DNA of 63,893 nucleotides, the filler included, from Globobulimina sp. (taxonomy: Eukaryota), in assembly GCA_003354225.1 (NCBI GenBank). It is 31 parts of 31 records of this genome, joined end to end, with 100 filler letters (N's around TTAATTAATTAA, not from the genome) between each part and the next. Parts side by side here need not be neighbours in the genome. Positions count along the whole stretch, not along the records: positions 1 to 1,966 come from PIVH01010140.1; positions 2,067 to 4,032 come from PIVH01010141.1; positions 4,133 to 6,098 come from PIVH01010142.1; positions 6,199 to 8,164 come from PIVH01010143.1; positions 8,265 to 10,230 come from PIVH01010144.1; positions 10,331 to 12,296 come from PIVH01010145.1; 25 more parts are not named here. One strand, 5' to 3'. Shown here one piece after another: positions 1 through 12,396 of this stretch (position 1 is the first letter of the stretch; every line of letters begins with the position of its first letter). A model generated the notes under the pieces. That model saw only the letters and a program-made list of their open reading frames with translations, ran no database searches and had not been told where the DNA came from. The position numbers and the translations under genes are program-made.

Positions 1-6
1 AATGGC

Positions 7-990
7 ATGGATCTAACCAACAAAGTAGTAGTTGTTAAAGGTGCCAATACAGGAATTGGTAAACCGACTGCTAAAACATTATTGTCCCACGGGGCCACTG
101 TGATAATGGCCTGTCTAAACCAGCAGAAAGCACTCAAAGCAAAGAAGGACATCATCGATGACATATTATCAGCTGGAAATTATAAAACTGACAGACAAAC
201 ATTGCAGCACAACTTAGATATTATATCGTTGGATTTGGCATCATCGCAATCAATCAATCATTTTGTGACAGAGTTTAAAAACAAATACAACACATTGCAT
301 TATTTGATATTAAATGCCGGACTGAATGCTGCGGAGTATAAAAAAACCACAGATGGCATTGAGTTAGATTTTGGAGTCAATCATATTGGACATTTTTATT
401 TAACCCAATTATTAACGGATTTGTTGGCCAAAACCGCATCTAAAATGAAGGCAGTTTCTGCCGTTACAGATAGGAAAATATCGAGAGTCATCGTGGTGGC
501 GTCATGGGCTCATCAATGGGGTTGGTATGGATTGAACGATGTTTTTCAAAACGAGACATTTATTCAAAATGAAAATGAATGGAATGGTATGCGAACATAT
601 GGCTTTTCCAAAGCGTGCAACATATTATTTGCAAACGAATATAATGAACGACATAGAAACGAAAACATTTATGCTGTTTCTATTCATCCTGGAAGTATTC
701 CAACAGAATTGGTGCGAGATCAACCTTTTGTGGTTCGATTTCTTTATAATAAGGTGATGGGAGCATTGTTTTTGAAGAGTATCGATGGCGGAGCGAGTAC
801 CACAATAAGAACGGTCAGTATTTCTGACCATGAATTTATTGCAAACGCTGGTGGATATTTTTCAGATTGCAATCCAGCACCAAATGATGTGCGAAGTGAC
901 TTATTTCCAGAAGGTGTAGAAAAGGATAAAATGCCTCAGAAACTGTTGTGGGAATTGACAAAAAAGATGATTGCTAAATATTATTTGTAA
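7..990 (+). CDS. Short-chain dehydrogenase/reductase, RDH12/WWOX-like
   Basis: GANTGIG Rossmann motif, LILNAG, FGVNHIGHF, catalytic YGFSK, HPG. Confidence 0.93.
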   Translation: MDLTNKVVVVKGANTGIGKPTAKTLLSHGATVIMACLNQQKALKAKKDIIDDILSAGNYKTDRQTLQHNLDIISLDLASSQSINHFVTEFKNKYNTLHYLILNAGLNAAEYKKTTDGIELDFGVNHIGHFYLTQLLTDLLAKTASKMKAVSAVTDRKISRVIVVASWAHQWGWYGLNDVFQNETFIQNENEWNGMRTYGFSKACNILFANEYNERHRNENIYAVSIHPGSIPTELVRDQPFVVRFLYNKVMGALFLKSIDGGASTTIRTVSISDHEFIANAGGYFSDCNPAPNDVRSDLFPEGVEKDKMPQKLLWELTKKMIAKYYL

Positions 991-994
991 AGTA

Positions 995-1966
995 CTATTC
1001 ATAATTTATATTAAAAATGCGAAGATTTTCAAAAGTTAAAAAGAACGCTTGTATGGTGAATGAGTAGTCTCTCGATGTCAATTTGGTGCATTGATGTCTA
1101 TGATTTGAGTTCCAATCTTTTTTCTGATGCTCTCTGGAACAATAATAAACCGATAAACATTGTCTACATTTCTGCAATTTAGCATCTTTCCGTTTGCATC
1201 TGCTAAGATTACATTCTTTTAAACCTGCAATATTTTGCAATATCTGAAAGTAACTCTCATTTTTAACATACGCAATCCAATGATGCACTGTACTCTCTCC
1301 AATATTTGTATGCGAAAAACGTTTATTCTCCGCAAAAAATGACAAACTGTGCATTTTCTTCCATCGTAGCACATTCATTTTTGTCTGTTTAAATTGTCGA
1401 TTCAATTGATTCAAACCTCTTATACGCTCCTTATGTTCTGCTTTGTGTATTTTTAAAGTGCTTCCAATCAAATTATACTTCAGCCTCAATTTACTTTGCA
1501 TTATAAGACAAGTTTTACATTCTTTAAACTTCGCTAATGACTTATTTGCCAAATACAACACGCCATAGGCATCAATTAAAAATTTGCTGCTCATCAAATG
1601 TTTATTTTGATGTCTAATCGCTTTCAATGCGTATTTCCGCGCTTAAAAACCATCAATTTCTCCATTCGAATTACAACAGCTCGTATAATACAGTCCCAAT
1701 AATATGACAGATCTAGTTTGCTGTTCACATGCCATGTATGCTGGAATTGTATGAAATGTTTCCATCAAACGTTTTATCAATGATCTATATCTCAGCTGGT
1801 ATTTACATGAAATACGAAAATCGTATTTTACCAAAATTTCCAAGCATTCTAACACAAATTCCAATCCATAGATAGAATCATACACAGAATATCCCTGCTG
1901 TTCATGTACAAAAAAGTGACAAGTCTTCTCTGCAAATTTGATACCGTCGTTAAAACGTCCGCGCCT
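995..1966 (-). CDS. MYND zinc-finger protein, 5'-truncated, with one in-frame TAA at 1643-1645
   Basis: CRQCLSVYYCSREHQKKDWNSNHRHQC; ORFs 1643..1885 and 995..1627 share a frame that stays open to the contig end. Confidence 0.75.
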
Positions 1967-2066
1967 NNNNNNNNNNNNNNNNNNNNNNNNNNNNNNNNNN
2001 NNNNNNNNNNTTAATTAATTAANNNNNNNNNNNNNNNNNNNNNNNNNNNNNNNNNNNNNNNNNNNN
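1967..2066. other. Artificial contig linker N44-TTAATTAATTAA-N44 (first of 30 identical copies)
   Basis: Identical 100-bp block recurs about every 2063-2066 bp; contig lengths fall monotonically from 1966 to 1962; the 12-mer gives stops in all six frames. Confidence 0.99.
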
Positions 2067-3917
2067 ATTTCTAATGAGAGCTAATCGAACATCCGCATCG
2101 CAGTCTCCTTTATTGATATCCAACCAGTCATTCATAATGATATTGGCCTCGGAGATGAATAAGTTTCTGAAGATGGAGGCATAGACACTGCGGGCTCCAA
2201 AGGGCAGTGGCAAAGAAGGATGAGTATAATATCCATCTCTTGCCATCTGATCCAAGGTATATTCCCATACTGAGACATCTTTAATGAATTTGGTATCAGC
2301 CACAATTCCATCCATTTCAATCTTAAACGCATTGGGAGAGAGAGGGGGGACACAAAAGAGAGACATAACGTCATTGAGGTTGACTGGCGATGTAAAATCA
2401 CCGTTATTGCTTCGTAAAATGGAGGCGGCGCCGCGTACTGTATTCATTACTTTGTTGTTGAAGGCGGTGGCTAACTCCTTCTTCAATTGTGCCGCAGGGA
2501 CGTCACGGATTGGTGTGCCGACACCAGGTTTTGATTGGAGTTGGATAATGAACTCTGGCCAACGATATTTGTTGTCCAATAATGTCACATTAACGACTTG
2601 GTTTTGATAGTACAGTGCGTCCCGTAGTTTTTTGCCGACCTCACAGCCATAGCCAACTAAAAACGGCACTGCACCTTCCGTGGAACTGAATGGATAATAC
2701 GTCATGCGGCCCATTCCTGGTACGAGCTCACCGCTTGTCGGCGTAATGAATGATAGGATGTTATGGGTGTCTCTGTCAATGGACTTTAATTTATGCCACG
2801 TGTTGCGGTATAATACGCCCATTGCGTCAATGCCTGGGCCTGAGAATAATATCGGACTGGGAATGATGATCGGGCTGTAATCACTGCGTTTGATTTGCTT
2901 CGGATACGCATCGAGTTTCTCCAATGCCTTTCGTAATACTTTGGCAGTGACATCTTGGGCGGTGGTGTAACTATCGATTAATAAATGGAATGGGGATCGG
3001 CTCACTGAATATTGCGTGAGTAATGATCGATGTTTGCGGAGATTATAACAGGCTGAGCCTCGAACTTTCTCTCTCTTTGCTTTGAAGGTGTTATTGTTAG
3101 GTCTGGCCGGTGGCGGTTTGACCACAGGCACAATTTTGCGACGTTTGGAGGTATGTATGGAATTAACTTTGTTCACAGCTCCTCTGATCTGCGATTTTGC
3201 GTTAAGAGGATGTATCGTTTGGTTTGCAGTGAAAATTTCAGAGAATTTTCTCACTGGTTTGCGCTTCAAAGCCGCTGTACGTACGACTCTCACCGAATTT
3301 TGGTTGAATAATATGTTATTGCCAGCCGCCTGCATTAAAATTGCTTGTACTCCATCGGCGTCTAACTTGACCTTCGATATGACCTTGCCATCCGGTGTCG
3401 AGATGCACGCTTCGACGAAGCCATCCTTTGCAACGGCGATGGCACTGTCATGGTTATTGTTGTTGGTGTTATTGCGATTGTTGGTATCGTCAAGGACACC
3501 GTCTGCAGTTTTAGGCACTGCGGAGCCATCTTGGATCACCTCTTTTGCTGCTACACCGTTTGGTGCGTCACTTCCATCATCACTTGTCATCGCCGGTGTA
3601 ACTGTTGGCGATTTCGCTGTGCTAAATTGCGGAGTGCGATTACGCGCATAATCCTCATTAGCAGTGAATGATTGGCCAAATGGAATCAGGCCATTAATGA
3701 CTGAATTGTCGTTATTGTCACTGTATTCTTCATGGTCCTCATCCATGCCGCGATTCTTTTGACTGTCACTAATATCGCTGAACGAGTAATCCTCAATATC
3801 TGCGAGGACATGACTTTTCACATTGCGATTGTTGCTATTGTCATCGACATTGATATCCATGTCCAATGGAGCTGATATTCTCGAATGGTGTTGAATTGTG
3901 TTGTCTGTCGCCGCCAT
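2067..3917 (-). CDS. Hypothetical protein, more than 616 aa, 3'-truncated; acidic/Asn-rich N-terminus, basic middle, globular C-terminal half
   Basis: Long uninterrupted ORF from ATG; no recognised motif. Confidence 0.7.
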
Positions 3918-4317
3918 TGTTCAAGTTTAAACGGGTTGGAGGAAAAAAGAAGGCAATAATCGAGAAGGAAGTTGGTTTTGCCAATGGCAAGTAGCTCGCC
4001 GTAATGATTGGTCTGTGATCCTATAGGTTGTGNNNNNNNNNNNNNNNNNNNNNNNNNNNNNNNNNNNNNNNNNNNNTTAATTAATTAANNNNNNNNNNNN
4101 NNNNNNNNNNNNNNNNNNNNNNNNNNNNNNNNACAATTAAAGTGTTTCTTAACTGAGTCAGATGTGGATGTTAATGAAACTATATTTATTTCAGTCGACG
4201 TAAGTTGTTAATATGGTAATGTTAACCGAATAAAATACCATAATATGTCCATATAAATAAAACATACCATTTTCTTTCAGTAAAAAGCAAAAAGTTTTTA
4301 TAGAGTTATATAATTAG

Positions 4318-5699
4318 ATGGCCTCGTTAGCAGAGTCAGTTTTACGCAAACGAAGTCTAGAGGTTGATGATGAAACAAATTTGAAGCAAACAGTACCTAA
4401 TAAAAAGCAAAAAGTATGTTAATCAATGACAGCAAAAGTACATTCTAATAATAAATAATATATAATGTTTAGATAGAATCATCATCATCGCTGATCAAAC
4501 TAAATGATAATAAATGCAGTATCTGGTTAACCAAAAAACGAAGGCAATGTCAACATGATTTAGTATCAGGAACAAAATACTGTCGATTCCATTTACCATT
4601 AAACACAGAAACAAACAGTCAACAAAACTGCATTGAATGTCAGTATTGCAAAACATTAATATTTAAAAAAAAAGGTAAACAAAACAACAATACAAATTTA
4701 TCAGGTCATTATAAACGATGTCCTGTGAAATGCAAACGTGATACACTTAAAAACCAACCATTTTATGCTGAAAACATTCATTTTTATGGTGATTATGATA
4801 ACAAACAACAAGAATTAAAAGAAAACAGAGCAGAGTCTCCAGCTCAACACAAAGAACAATTCATTGCCAAATTAAAGCAGATTTATTCCACTTTGACGCT
4901 GACTCAGATAACGGATGAAAGCAACAACTCGTCGTTCACTGAAATCCGTGATATTTATTTTAAATTCCATAAAAACAAAGAAAACCTGAAACATTGCACT
5001 CAAATCGAGTCAATTATTGCTAATATGAATAAACATTGCAATTTACGCAAACATTGCAATATTAAGCCATTAATTTTAGAGTTGGGAGGAGGCAAAGCAT
5101 CTTTTGGTACCATGTTACATTACTTTTATAAGGAACAATCAAAGTTTATTGTAATTGACATAACATCGAATTTTAGGCACAAAGAAGATAATCGTCTGGA
5201 GAATGTTGATAATATTTGTCGAATACAATGTGGTTTGCAACATTGTGAGCTGTCCAAAGTAAAACAAATTAACATTAATGAAGGGAAACGAAGGATGTTT
5301 GTGATCAGTAAACATCTCTGTGGCGCTGCGACTGATTTTGGATTACGAGCTGTTTTGAATGATAAATCTGTCAAGAATATGAATATTGGAATAATTGCCA
5401 TTGCGTTATGTTGCCGCGGTAAGTGTTCGTTGGAGACTTATTGCAATGTAAATTATTTCAAATCAATTGGGATCGAACAGTGTGATTTTGATTTAGTTCG
5501 CGGAATGGCGACATGGGAAATTGATGGAAATGCAAATGATAAAAATCATATGGAAATTGGTAGGATTTGCAGGCGTTTGATTGACGAGGGAAGGCTGCAG
5601 TTTTTAAAGCAAAATGGATTTGGCAATGTGAAATTGATAAAGTATGTTGCTGCCAATGTGACAAAAGAAAACATTTTATTGTTAGCTTCCAGAAACTAA
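4318..5699 (+). CDS. TRM13: tRNA:m4X methyltransferase TRM13 (intron 4414..4472)
   Basis: CCCH finger CSIWLTKKRRQC...YCRFH, second Zn finger, ELGGGKA, SKHLCGAATD, IALCC, RRLIDEGR, TKENILL; GT-AG intron keeps frame. Confidence 0.9.
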
Positions 5700-5729
5700 G
5701 TATTAATTATACTGACAAGTATTTTGATG

Positions 5730-6098
5730 TCATTGTTGATAACAACTGCCAGGTTTATGTGGAGGTTGTCCCGCCACCGCATTGCCTAAAGGCGCAGCAG
5801 CACCAATTCCTCGCCGCGACATTTGACATCTCCAAAATTCCAACCTTGATTGAGCACTGCCAACATTATCAATATTCCGATGACTCCATAACCTTTCTGC
5901 AATGGCAGAGGCTCTGGGCCACACCGATGCGTCTAAGCTGCTCAATTCCTCTCTTTCTCCCCACAAACATCCTTCACCGCCTAACACCAGTTTTTGTTGA
6001 TTTCCATCATTAATATATTGAAACGGCTCGTTTGTATACGCTTCCTGCCATGTTACCGACACATCACTCAAATACCACGCATTACTATTTGCTAAAAT
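5730..6098 (-). CDS. Beta-hexosaminidase (GH20), C-terminal fragment
   Basis: LVLGGEGCLWGE and VWPRASAIAERLWS. Confidence 0.9.
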   Translation of the reverse strand: MLANSNAWYLSDVSVTWQEAYTNEPFQYINDGNQQKLVLGGEGCLWGEREELSSLDASVWPRASAIAERLWSHRNIDNVGSAQSRLEFWRCQMSRRGIGAAAPLGNAVAGQPPHKPGSCYQQ

Positions 6099-6471
6099 NN
6101 NNNNNNNNNNNNNNNNNNNNNNNNNNNNNNNNNNNNNNNNNNTTAATTAATTAANNNNNNNNNNNNNNNNNNNNNNNNNNNNNNNNNNNNNNNNNNNNCG
6201 GCGGGACATGCAAAGGCTCAATATAGGGTTAGTTCATCGAAAGCCCTATACAAAACATATCGGAAAGCCCTATGAATAAATATGAAATAAATAACAATAA
6301 AAAAAATGATCGAATAAATAACATTTATTTTTTCTTTCTTTGTTTGTTTCCCTCTTGTTTTGGTTTCTTATTGTCAATCACTTTTCTAACCCAACGCACA
6401 AAACGACTTTTAAATTTTTTATTTGCTTGTGGGAACTGGGTGAATTCAGATGTTTTTGTAAAATCTATTGC

Positions 6472-6503
6472 ACTAAGTAACTAAGTAACTAAGTAACTAA
6501 GTA
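6472..6503. repeat. Tandem repeat (ACTAAGTA)x4
   Basis: Four exact copies ending 6 bp before the ATG at 6510. Confidence 0.9.
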
Positions 6504-6509
6504 GTCACC

Positions 6510-6895
6510 ATGGCAGCAGAAAAGAAAGCAATGAGCGTTTCCCTTTTACATCGCGCACACGGTAGTCATTCATCATTGCTAGAAGTTCCAGATGAATTTA
6601 AAATAACCATCACTATCCAAGGCCGCGGCATCAGACGGTGTAAATTCAGAGTTAAGAATTGCGCATGCTGTAATAATAAAATTAAAATTTATATGTAATA
6701 AATGATTAGACCATTTCGAAAGGCAAAAATTATAATTTTCATCAAATGGTCAAACATATTTATTCCTCAGCATTTAAGCAAGCATTCCAGAGTGTTTATG
6801 GAGATGTTTTTGAGGTATGCGCGGAAGGAAAGGAATATGATGAGTGGACGTTTGAAATAATGGATAAACTTTTGGCGGATCCCAGTCTGAGATGA
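6510..6895 (+). CDS. Small hypothetical protein (putative intron 6651..6709)
   Basis: GT..AG AT-rich intron joins two open phase-0 exons; no motif. Confidence 0.35.
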
Positions 6896-7004
6896 ATAAA
6901 TTGTTTAATTTTTAATTTGATATTTGCTTATTATACGTTCGTGTTTATTGTTTAATTTATAATTGGAGAGAATACAGTTTTCTAAATTCAGTAGACAAAA
7001 AAAA

Positions 7005-7772
7005 ATGACAGATCGACGACATCGACAACATCGACAAGAAACCAATAAGAACAATAGTAACATGAAAGCCATTTGCAAATTGTTAGGAATCCCAAGCAAA
7101 GTTTCCATAAATTTATACGGTTTTGGTACTCATTTAACCGTTTATGAGCAAATATTGCGTTTAGTTAAGATGGATGATGAAAATATAAGGAATAATGAAA
7201 TAAATGATTTGAATAGTTATAAATTGAGAGATATTCAAAGTAAAATAAAAAGTGAAGGAATATGTGGTAGAAAACAGGAAATGAAGGATGGAATTATTAA
7301 AAAAATAAAACAATTAAAAGTAAATTATGATAGCAGTGATGAACCGATATTGGCTCCAGCAAAAACGATGAGACTTGGCTCACCTAATGATATTGGACGC
7401 CAAATACAATATGATAATGACATTTATACCGATGAGTCTCATACTGAAGATACTGATTTCGAGAATAAGAATGAAAATGTAAGTTACAAAAAGGAAATAA
7501 ATTTAGACCCAATACAAAAGAAATTGATACAAGCTTTGCCGTCACTCTCAAAAACATTTAACGAGTATGACGGGCTGAATATGTACATAAAACAACTCGA
7601 AACTGTATTATGTCGAGGAAGTGACAATAATAATAACAATAATAATAATAACAATAATAATAATAACGATAATAATAATATTAACACTAATAACGATAAT
7701 AACGAGTTTGATGAACTGGATATGTACATAAAACAACTCGAAACTGTATTATGTCGAGGAAGTGACAATAAT

Positions 7773-7807
<35 letters not shown>

Positions 7808-7979
7808 TAATATTCCGCCAAAAATATATCGAGGAAGTGACAATAATATTTTTAATAATATTCAGTATCCATTAATAAACATTGCGAATGAATCAAGCGG
7901 TAAGGAAAAGAAGAAAAAGAAGAAGAAGAATGAGATTTTATTATTGGAATTCTTGTGCCGTATAAAATTTACAAAATGA
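7005..7979 (+). CDS. Asn-rich low-complexity protein with internal duplication; possible SAP-like motif
   Basis: ORF with (AAT/AAC)n tracts, MYIKQLETVLCRGSDN twice, poly-Lys near the end. Confidence 0.55.
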
Positions 7980-9974
7980 AACACATCTGGAACAGCTTCA
8001 TTAATGTTATATATTAGTTTCTTTTTTTAATTGCAATGCGTTCAAATCACTAGAATTTCAATATTAAACTCATTCGCGACACAATTATTGATACAAAAAA
8101 CCAAATCACCTTCTTTCATTATACGCTCCAATGGTGGTTGGTAATAGTATTAAATCAATCCTTCNNNNNNNNNNNNNNNNNNNNNNNNNNNNNNNNNNNN
8201 NNNNNNNNTTAATTAATTAANNNNNNNNNNNNNNNNNNNNNNNNNNNNNNNNNNNNNNNNNNNNAATTTAAATTTAATTACTATTATCTCTAAATTTAAT
8301 AACTATTTTCTCTATTTTGAAGATCTCTTAAAAATTTGCAAGAAAACTATAAAAATTATTTCACTCCATGCTTAAGAAGAATTGAGAGAAATATCATCTA
8401 CCCGACAATCGAATAATGAATTATATGTTTCGAAATTTTGACGGCACTATTATGAACAAATTCTGATCAAAAAAGCTTGTCATGCAGGGCATTTTTTCAG
8501 CCAATTTGGGCGTACTACGGACGGCAAAGTTTCTTTGGCAAGAAAATTCCTAATAAAATCCAAGTAAATATTGACGCGTTAAACATTAACATAATTAGTT
8601 TTACTGTATAATAATACTGGCTGAAAACAAATTTAGTTTAATTTTCCTCTATTATAGTACTATCTAGAGATTAAAAAGCTCGAAACTGAGAAAGTCGTTC
8701 AAATAAAATGTAAAATTTGTCTTATTAGGTGGTATATAATTAAATATAAATAGATGATAAATTGGGTAAGCTTGGCTTGCTAAATAAATTACCTTATTTG
8801 TATGTATGCAAGCAACTTGGAGAATTCATAGTAATTAAACTTACTTCATTTAATTCATAATCATAACCATAATGACAACAAAAAACTAACAATATGGTTG
8901 GTTAATATCAAAAGAGAGCCGTAAAAAGAGAGAGGGAGAGAGAGAGAAGATGAATTTATAAAATGCCACCTGCGCCAACTAGAAGTATTTTTAGCCAAGA
9001 GACGCCAAGTCCAGCCGAAAAACAGGTGGGCTTTTGGTCCTCGGATAGGATTACTTGAGGAGGGAGAGGGAGTCAAGGGTCAAAAGATCAAATTTCAGTT
9101 TAAATTTTCTCCCTCAAAACAACAGCTGCCGAGCCGACTGCACTCTGTTTGTTTGGTGACCCTATGTTAGGAGAACGTTTTCCTTCTGTTTTGTCATGTC
9201 TCCCTCACTTGTTCATTGTTTCGGTCAAGGTAATTTTAATTTTCTTTACTTTTTCGATGCCATATTTTCGAAACGCAAAATTAGTTAAAAGAAGTGCAAG
9301 TAAATTACCTAGTCATCCTACCTAATACAACTATTTATTAACTATTTTTAAAGGGCGATAAAAAATCATCCGTGCAGTTTTAAATGTTGAAGATAATTTG
9401 AATATTTTATTTCATCACAACCATGTGATTAGACATTCTAAAATGGAGGTTCGATGAAATCCTACCTGTTTTGAAATACTTAAAGGAGCAGTCCGGCTGG
9501 TCAATCAAATTTTCGTTTACATTTATTTTTTCAATTTTTATATCAAACGCCTAAACTTCGATTTAAATTTTGTCTATTGCTTATATTACCTTCGATTCCA
9601 TCAGGCGGGTAAATATTGCACAGTATGGACATAATTTATATATTATTTTGTAAAAATGGGATAACAAAAACACGTATTTTTACTATCCTTGAATAATTTT
9701 GTTTTATATTTTTTAGCATTTTATCAGAAAGAACTGACCGAAAACAACTATTATTGTGCCACAGTGCTAGTCAATCTTCAGAGTACGACCTACGTAAATT
9801 TAAAATCGTGGCGTACAATGAAATGACTTTAGTTCTTGCGCATATTCGACCAACACAAGTTGTTAAAACCTCAATTGTTGCATTTTAATTCGCGTACAAA
9901 GGTAGGTCAGTAGCATATTTTAAAGGTACACTATACATGCTAAGTGTCAACAATAGTGATAAGCGACGTTACTA

Positions 9975-10230
9975 AAAAAGGTACCATTCAATACAAGGCA
10001 TATTATATTTAGGTAGTTGCTAGGTATCAATGCAAGGGTACCATATTAACATACCTTAACGTACCTGAGTGGTGTCAATCAAAAGGGTAATATATTAAGG
10101 CACCTGAGTGGTGTCAATTAAAAAGGTACCATATTAAGGTACCTGAATGGTGTCAACCAAAGGGTACCATATTAAGGTACCTGAATGGTGTCAATCAAAT
10201 GGGTACCATATTAAGGTACCTGAATGGTGT
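9975..10230. repeat. 38-39 bp minisatellite GGGTACCATATTAAGGTACCTGAATGGTGTCAATCAAA
   Basis: About 5 recognisable units, decaying leftwards and running off the contig end. Confidence 0.9.
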
Positions 10231-10865
10231 NNNNNNNNNNNNNNNNNNNNNNNNNNNNNNNNNNNNNNNNNNNNTTAATTAATTAANNNNNNNNNNNNNN
10301 NNNNNNNNNNNNNNNNNNNNNNNNNNNNNNATTCCTGACATTAAGAATATTTTTATTGATATTATTCATCCGTTGATTTTACATTCACATTCAATCCCTA
10401 GGACTAGATAGCAAATAAAATTAATCACAGGTATGTAAAGCAAATCTGAACTTTGGCATCCATTGTACAGGAACCAACGCATCAAACAACCAATATTTGT
10501 CCACATATATACTGTTCATAGTTCAAAGAAACTATTCTCAATGACATAACTCAAAATTCCAACCCCAGGAAACAATTCACCCGTCATTGGTCGCAATTAT
10601 GAATGAAAACTCAGAAAGCGAAGAAATTAGTGTTGGAAATAAAGTATTGGATATCATTAAAAATAAACAAAATGCAGCTGTCGAAGCGTTGTCGAAGAGC
10701 TAAATCTGGCACACTGTATGAAAAATGAAAGAATTATTCAAATAAAGCTCTAAAATTATCCAATAATTATCATAATTCAAGAAATTAACAACAAACACTA
10801 AACATATTTAGCATCTTCATCTTTCTGCAACTCGTATAGTTAAATCAAAGAAAAGGGTAAACAAG

Positions 10866-11540
10866 ATGAACATTTGGTCAGATGAATATGTAAAAAGCAG
10901 ATTATTCAGACAATTGATGAAATCATCATGTGTTATTGCGTATCATTTAAATGCTTGGTCAATACCTTCTGAATTAGATGCAACTGCATTGATGACAACT
11001 GTATTGGAAGATTTAGGAGCTGGATTTTATGATTTTCTGTGCGATGACAGACCAGATCTAAAATTATTAAAATGGCTTACAAATTATGTAATAATTCCAT
11101 CATTTATTGTTTATTTCCATCTCATTTTAGGAGCATACAATAACGTCTTTGTAAGATTACACACTTCACTATGGATATTCTCATCTTTTATTTCAGGAAA
11201 ACTTGATACATTGGGTTGGAATATTATTGCAGTATCATTGTTAACAATAATTGCAATTTTTGAATATAAAAATGAATTGGAAATGATGTTAAAGTTATCA
11301 TCAATTGGTAACTTAGCAATGTGTTTATTCCATATTTTTATTCAGATTATTTATCAGATACTTTCCGAATATCAATGGTATCACAAATGGAAATATTCTT
11401 TTAATATTTTGTCTCGAATTCCTGATATTTATATTTGTTATTACCAGTTACCAATGTATCAATTAAAATATTTGTGTCATGTTGGTGGATATCATTTCAC
11501 CAAAGTCTTTTTGCATTTATTCGCAAAATCACATGGCTGA
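10866..11540 (+). CDS. Multi-pass membrane protein, unknown function
   Basis: 224-aa ORF with several hydrophobic segments. Confidence 0.6.
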   Translation: MNIWSDEYVKSRLFRQLMKSSCVIAYHLNAWSIPSELDATALMTTVLEDLGAGFYDFLCDDRPDLKLLKWLTNYVIIPSFIVYFHLILGAYNNVFVRLHTSLWIFSSFISGKLDTLGWNIIAVSLLTIIAIFEYKNELEMMLKLSSIGNLAMCLFHIFIQIIYQILSEYQWYHKWKYSFNILSRIPDIYICYYQLPMYQLKYLCHVGGYHFTKVFLHLFAKSHG

Positions 11541-12144
11541 TGTTTAATCTTAGAAGTTCTTTGTGTTTAATATCGATTTGTTCTTTGTATATTGTTTTTA
11601 ATCATGCAATTCTATTCAACGCAATACAGCATTTTTCATTGCTACAGTAATTTTGATATGCAGTCGGTATAATTCTTTTCATTTTTTCTACAAATATCTA
11701 TTACATAATGATGTTTAGTCTTATTGAAATTGCACTTGTGTACTTTCGCATTAGAATTTTCCTATTTAAAGTTGATTCCCATATACTCAACGACCATAAA
11801 ACCACGTAAATCCAACGCTGTTTTAATCAATATAAAATACTTAAGTTTCAATTATTTTCAATATTGCAGAAACGAGAGTATTTTTCTAAACCTAACTTAT
11901 CAACCTAGGTAATTCAATTATGCCTTGAACCTAAGTTTTTAAAAAGGTGTGACGAAGACAACTTGTGTTTTTGTTTCAACGCACTTTTTATGTCACAGAA
12001 AATAAACTGCGTTAGTAAAAGCTCTAAAAGCTGTCTCTTAAACCATGTGACATGGCGAAAAGCAAAAAAAAGATACGTTTTTATTAATTATTATGTTTTG
12101 TTTTGTTTTGTTTTGTGAATGTAATAATTAATATTATCAGAACG

Positions 12145-12296
12145 ATGGCGTTGCGGTGGATCGAATTGGTTGATAATAATAATAAATCCTATCCAGTGCG
12201 GACGAAGAGAAAGGCATTGTGCCCGCCGGCTATTTCACGCACGGACATACAATTGGCTGCAGATTGCAATTCGAATTTGGAAATGGAAGAATGTGG
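12145..12296 (+). CDS. N-terminal fragment of a hypothetical protein
   Basis: ATG-initiated frame open to the contig end, GC higher than flank. Confidence 0.35.
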
Positions 12297-12396
12297 NNNN
12301 NNNNNNNNNNNNNNNNNNNNNNNNNNNNNNNNNNNNNNNNTTAATTAATTAANNNNNNNNNNNNNNNNNNNNNNNNNNNNNNNNNNNNNNNNNNNN

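Noticed and set aside
34-60. SDR motif KGANTGIG instead of TGANTGIG (and P4-ATPase TAIQDK instead of TAIEDK)
   Set aside because: Single-base differences that may be ordinary divergence or errors; other catalytic motifs are intact
2011-2022. TTAATTAATTAA as a piggyBac target or biological motif; ORFs ending in X-runs or LIN
   Set aside because: Synthetic linker
3978-3991. TTGCCAATGGCAA and similar RFX X-box-like palindromes
   Set aside because: Short, imperfect and not linked to recognisable ciliary genes
6222-6274. Hairpin TATAGGG...CCCTATA with GAAA as a hammerhead ribozyme
   Set aside because: No CTGANGA core on either strand
6472-6503. (ACTAAGTA)4 as a telomere
   Set aside because: Internal, only four copies, no G/C strand bias
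9975-10230. CRISPR-like repeats (also 12860-12993 and 63783-63866)
   Set aside because: Head-to-tail units with no unique spacers and no cas genes
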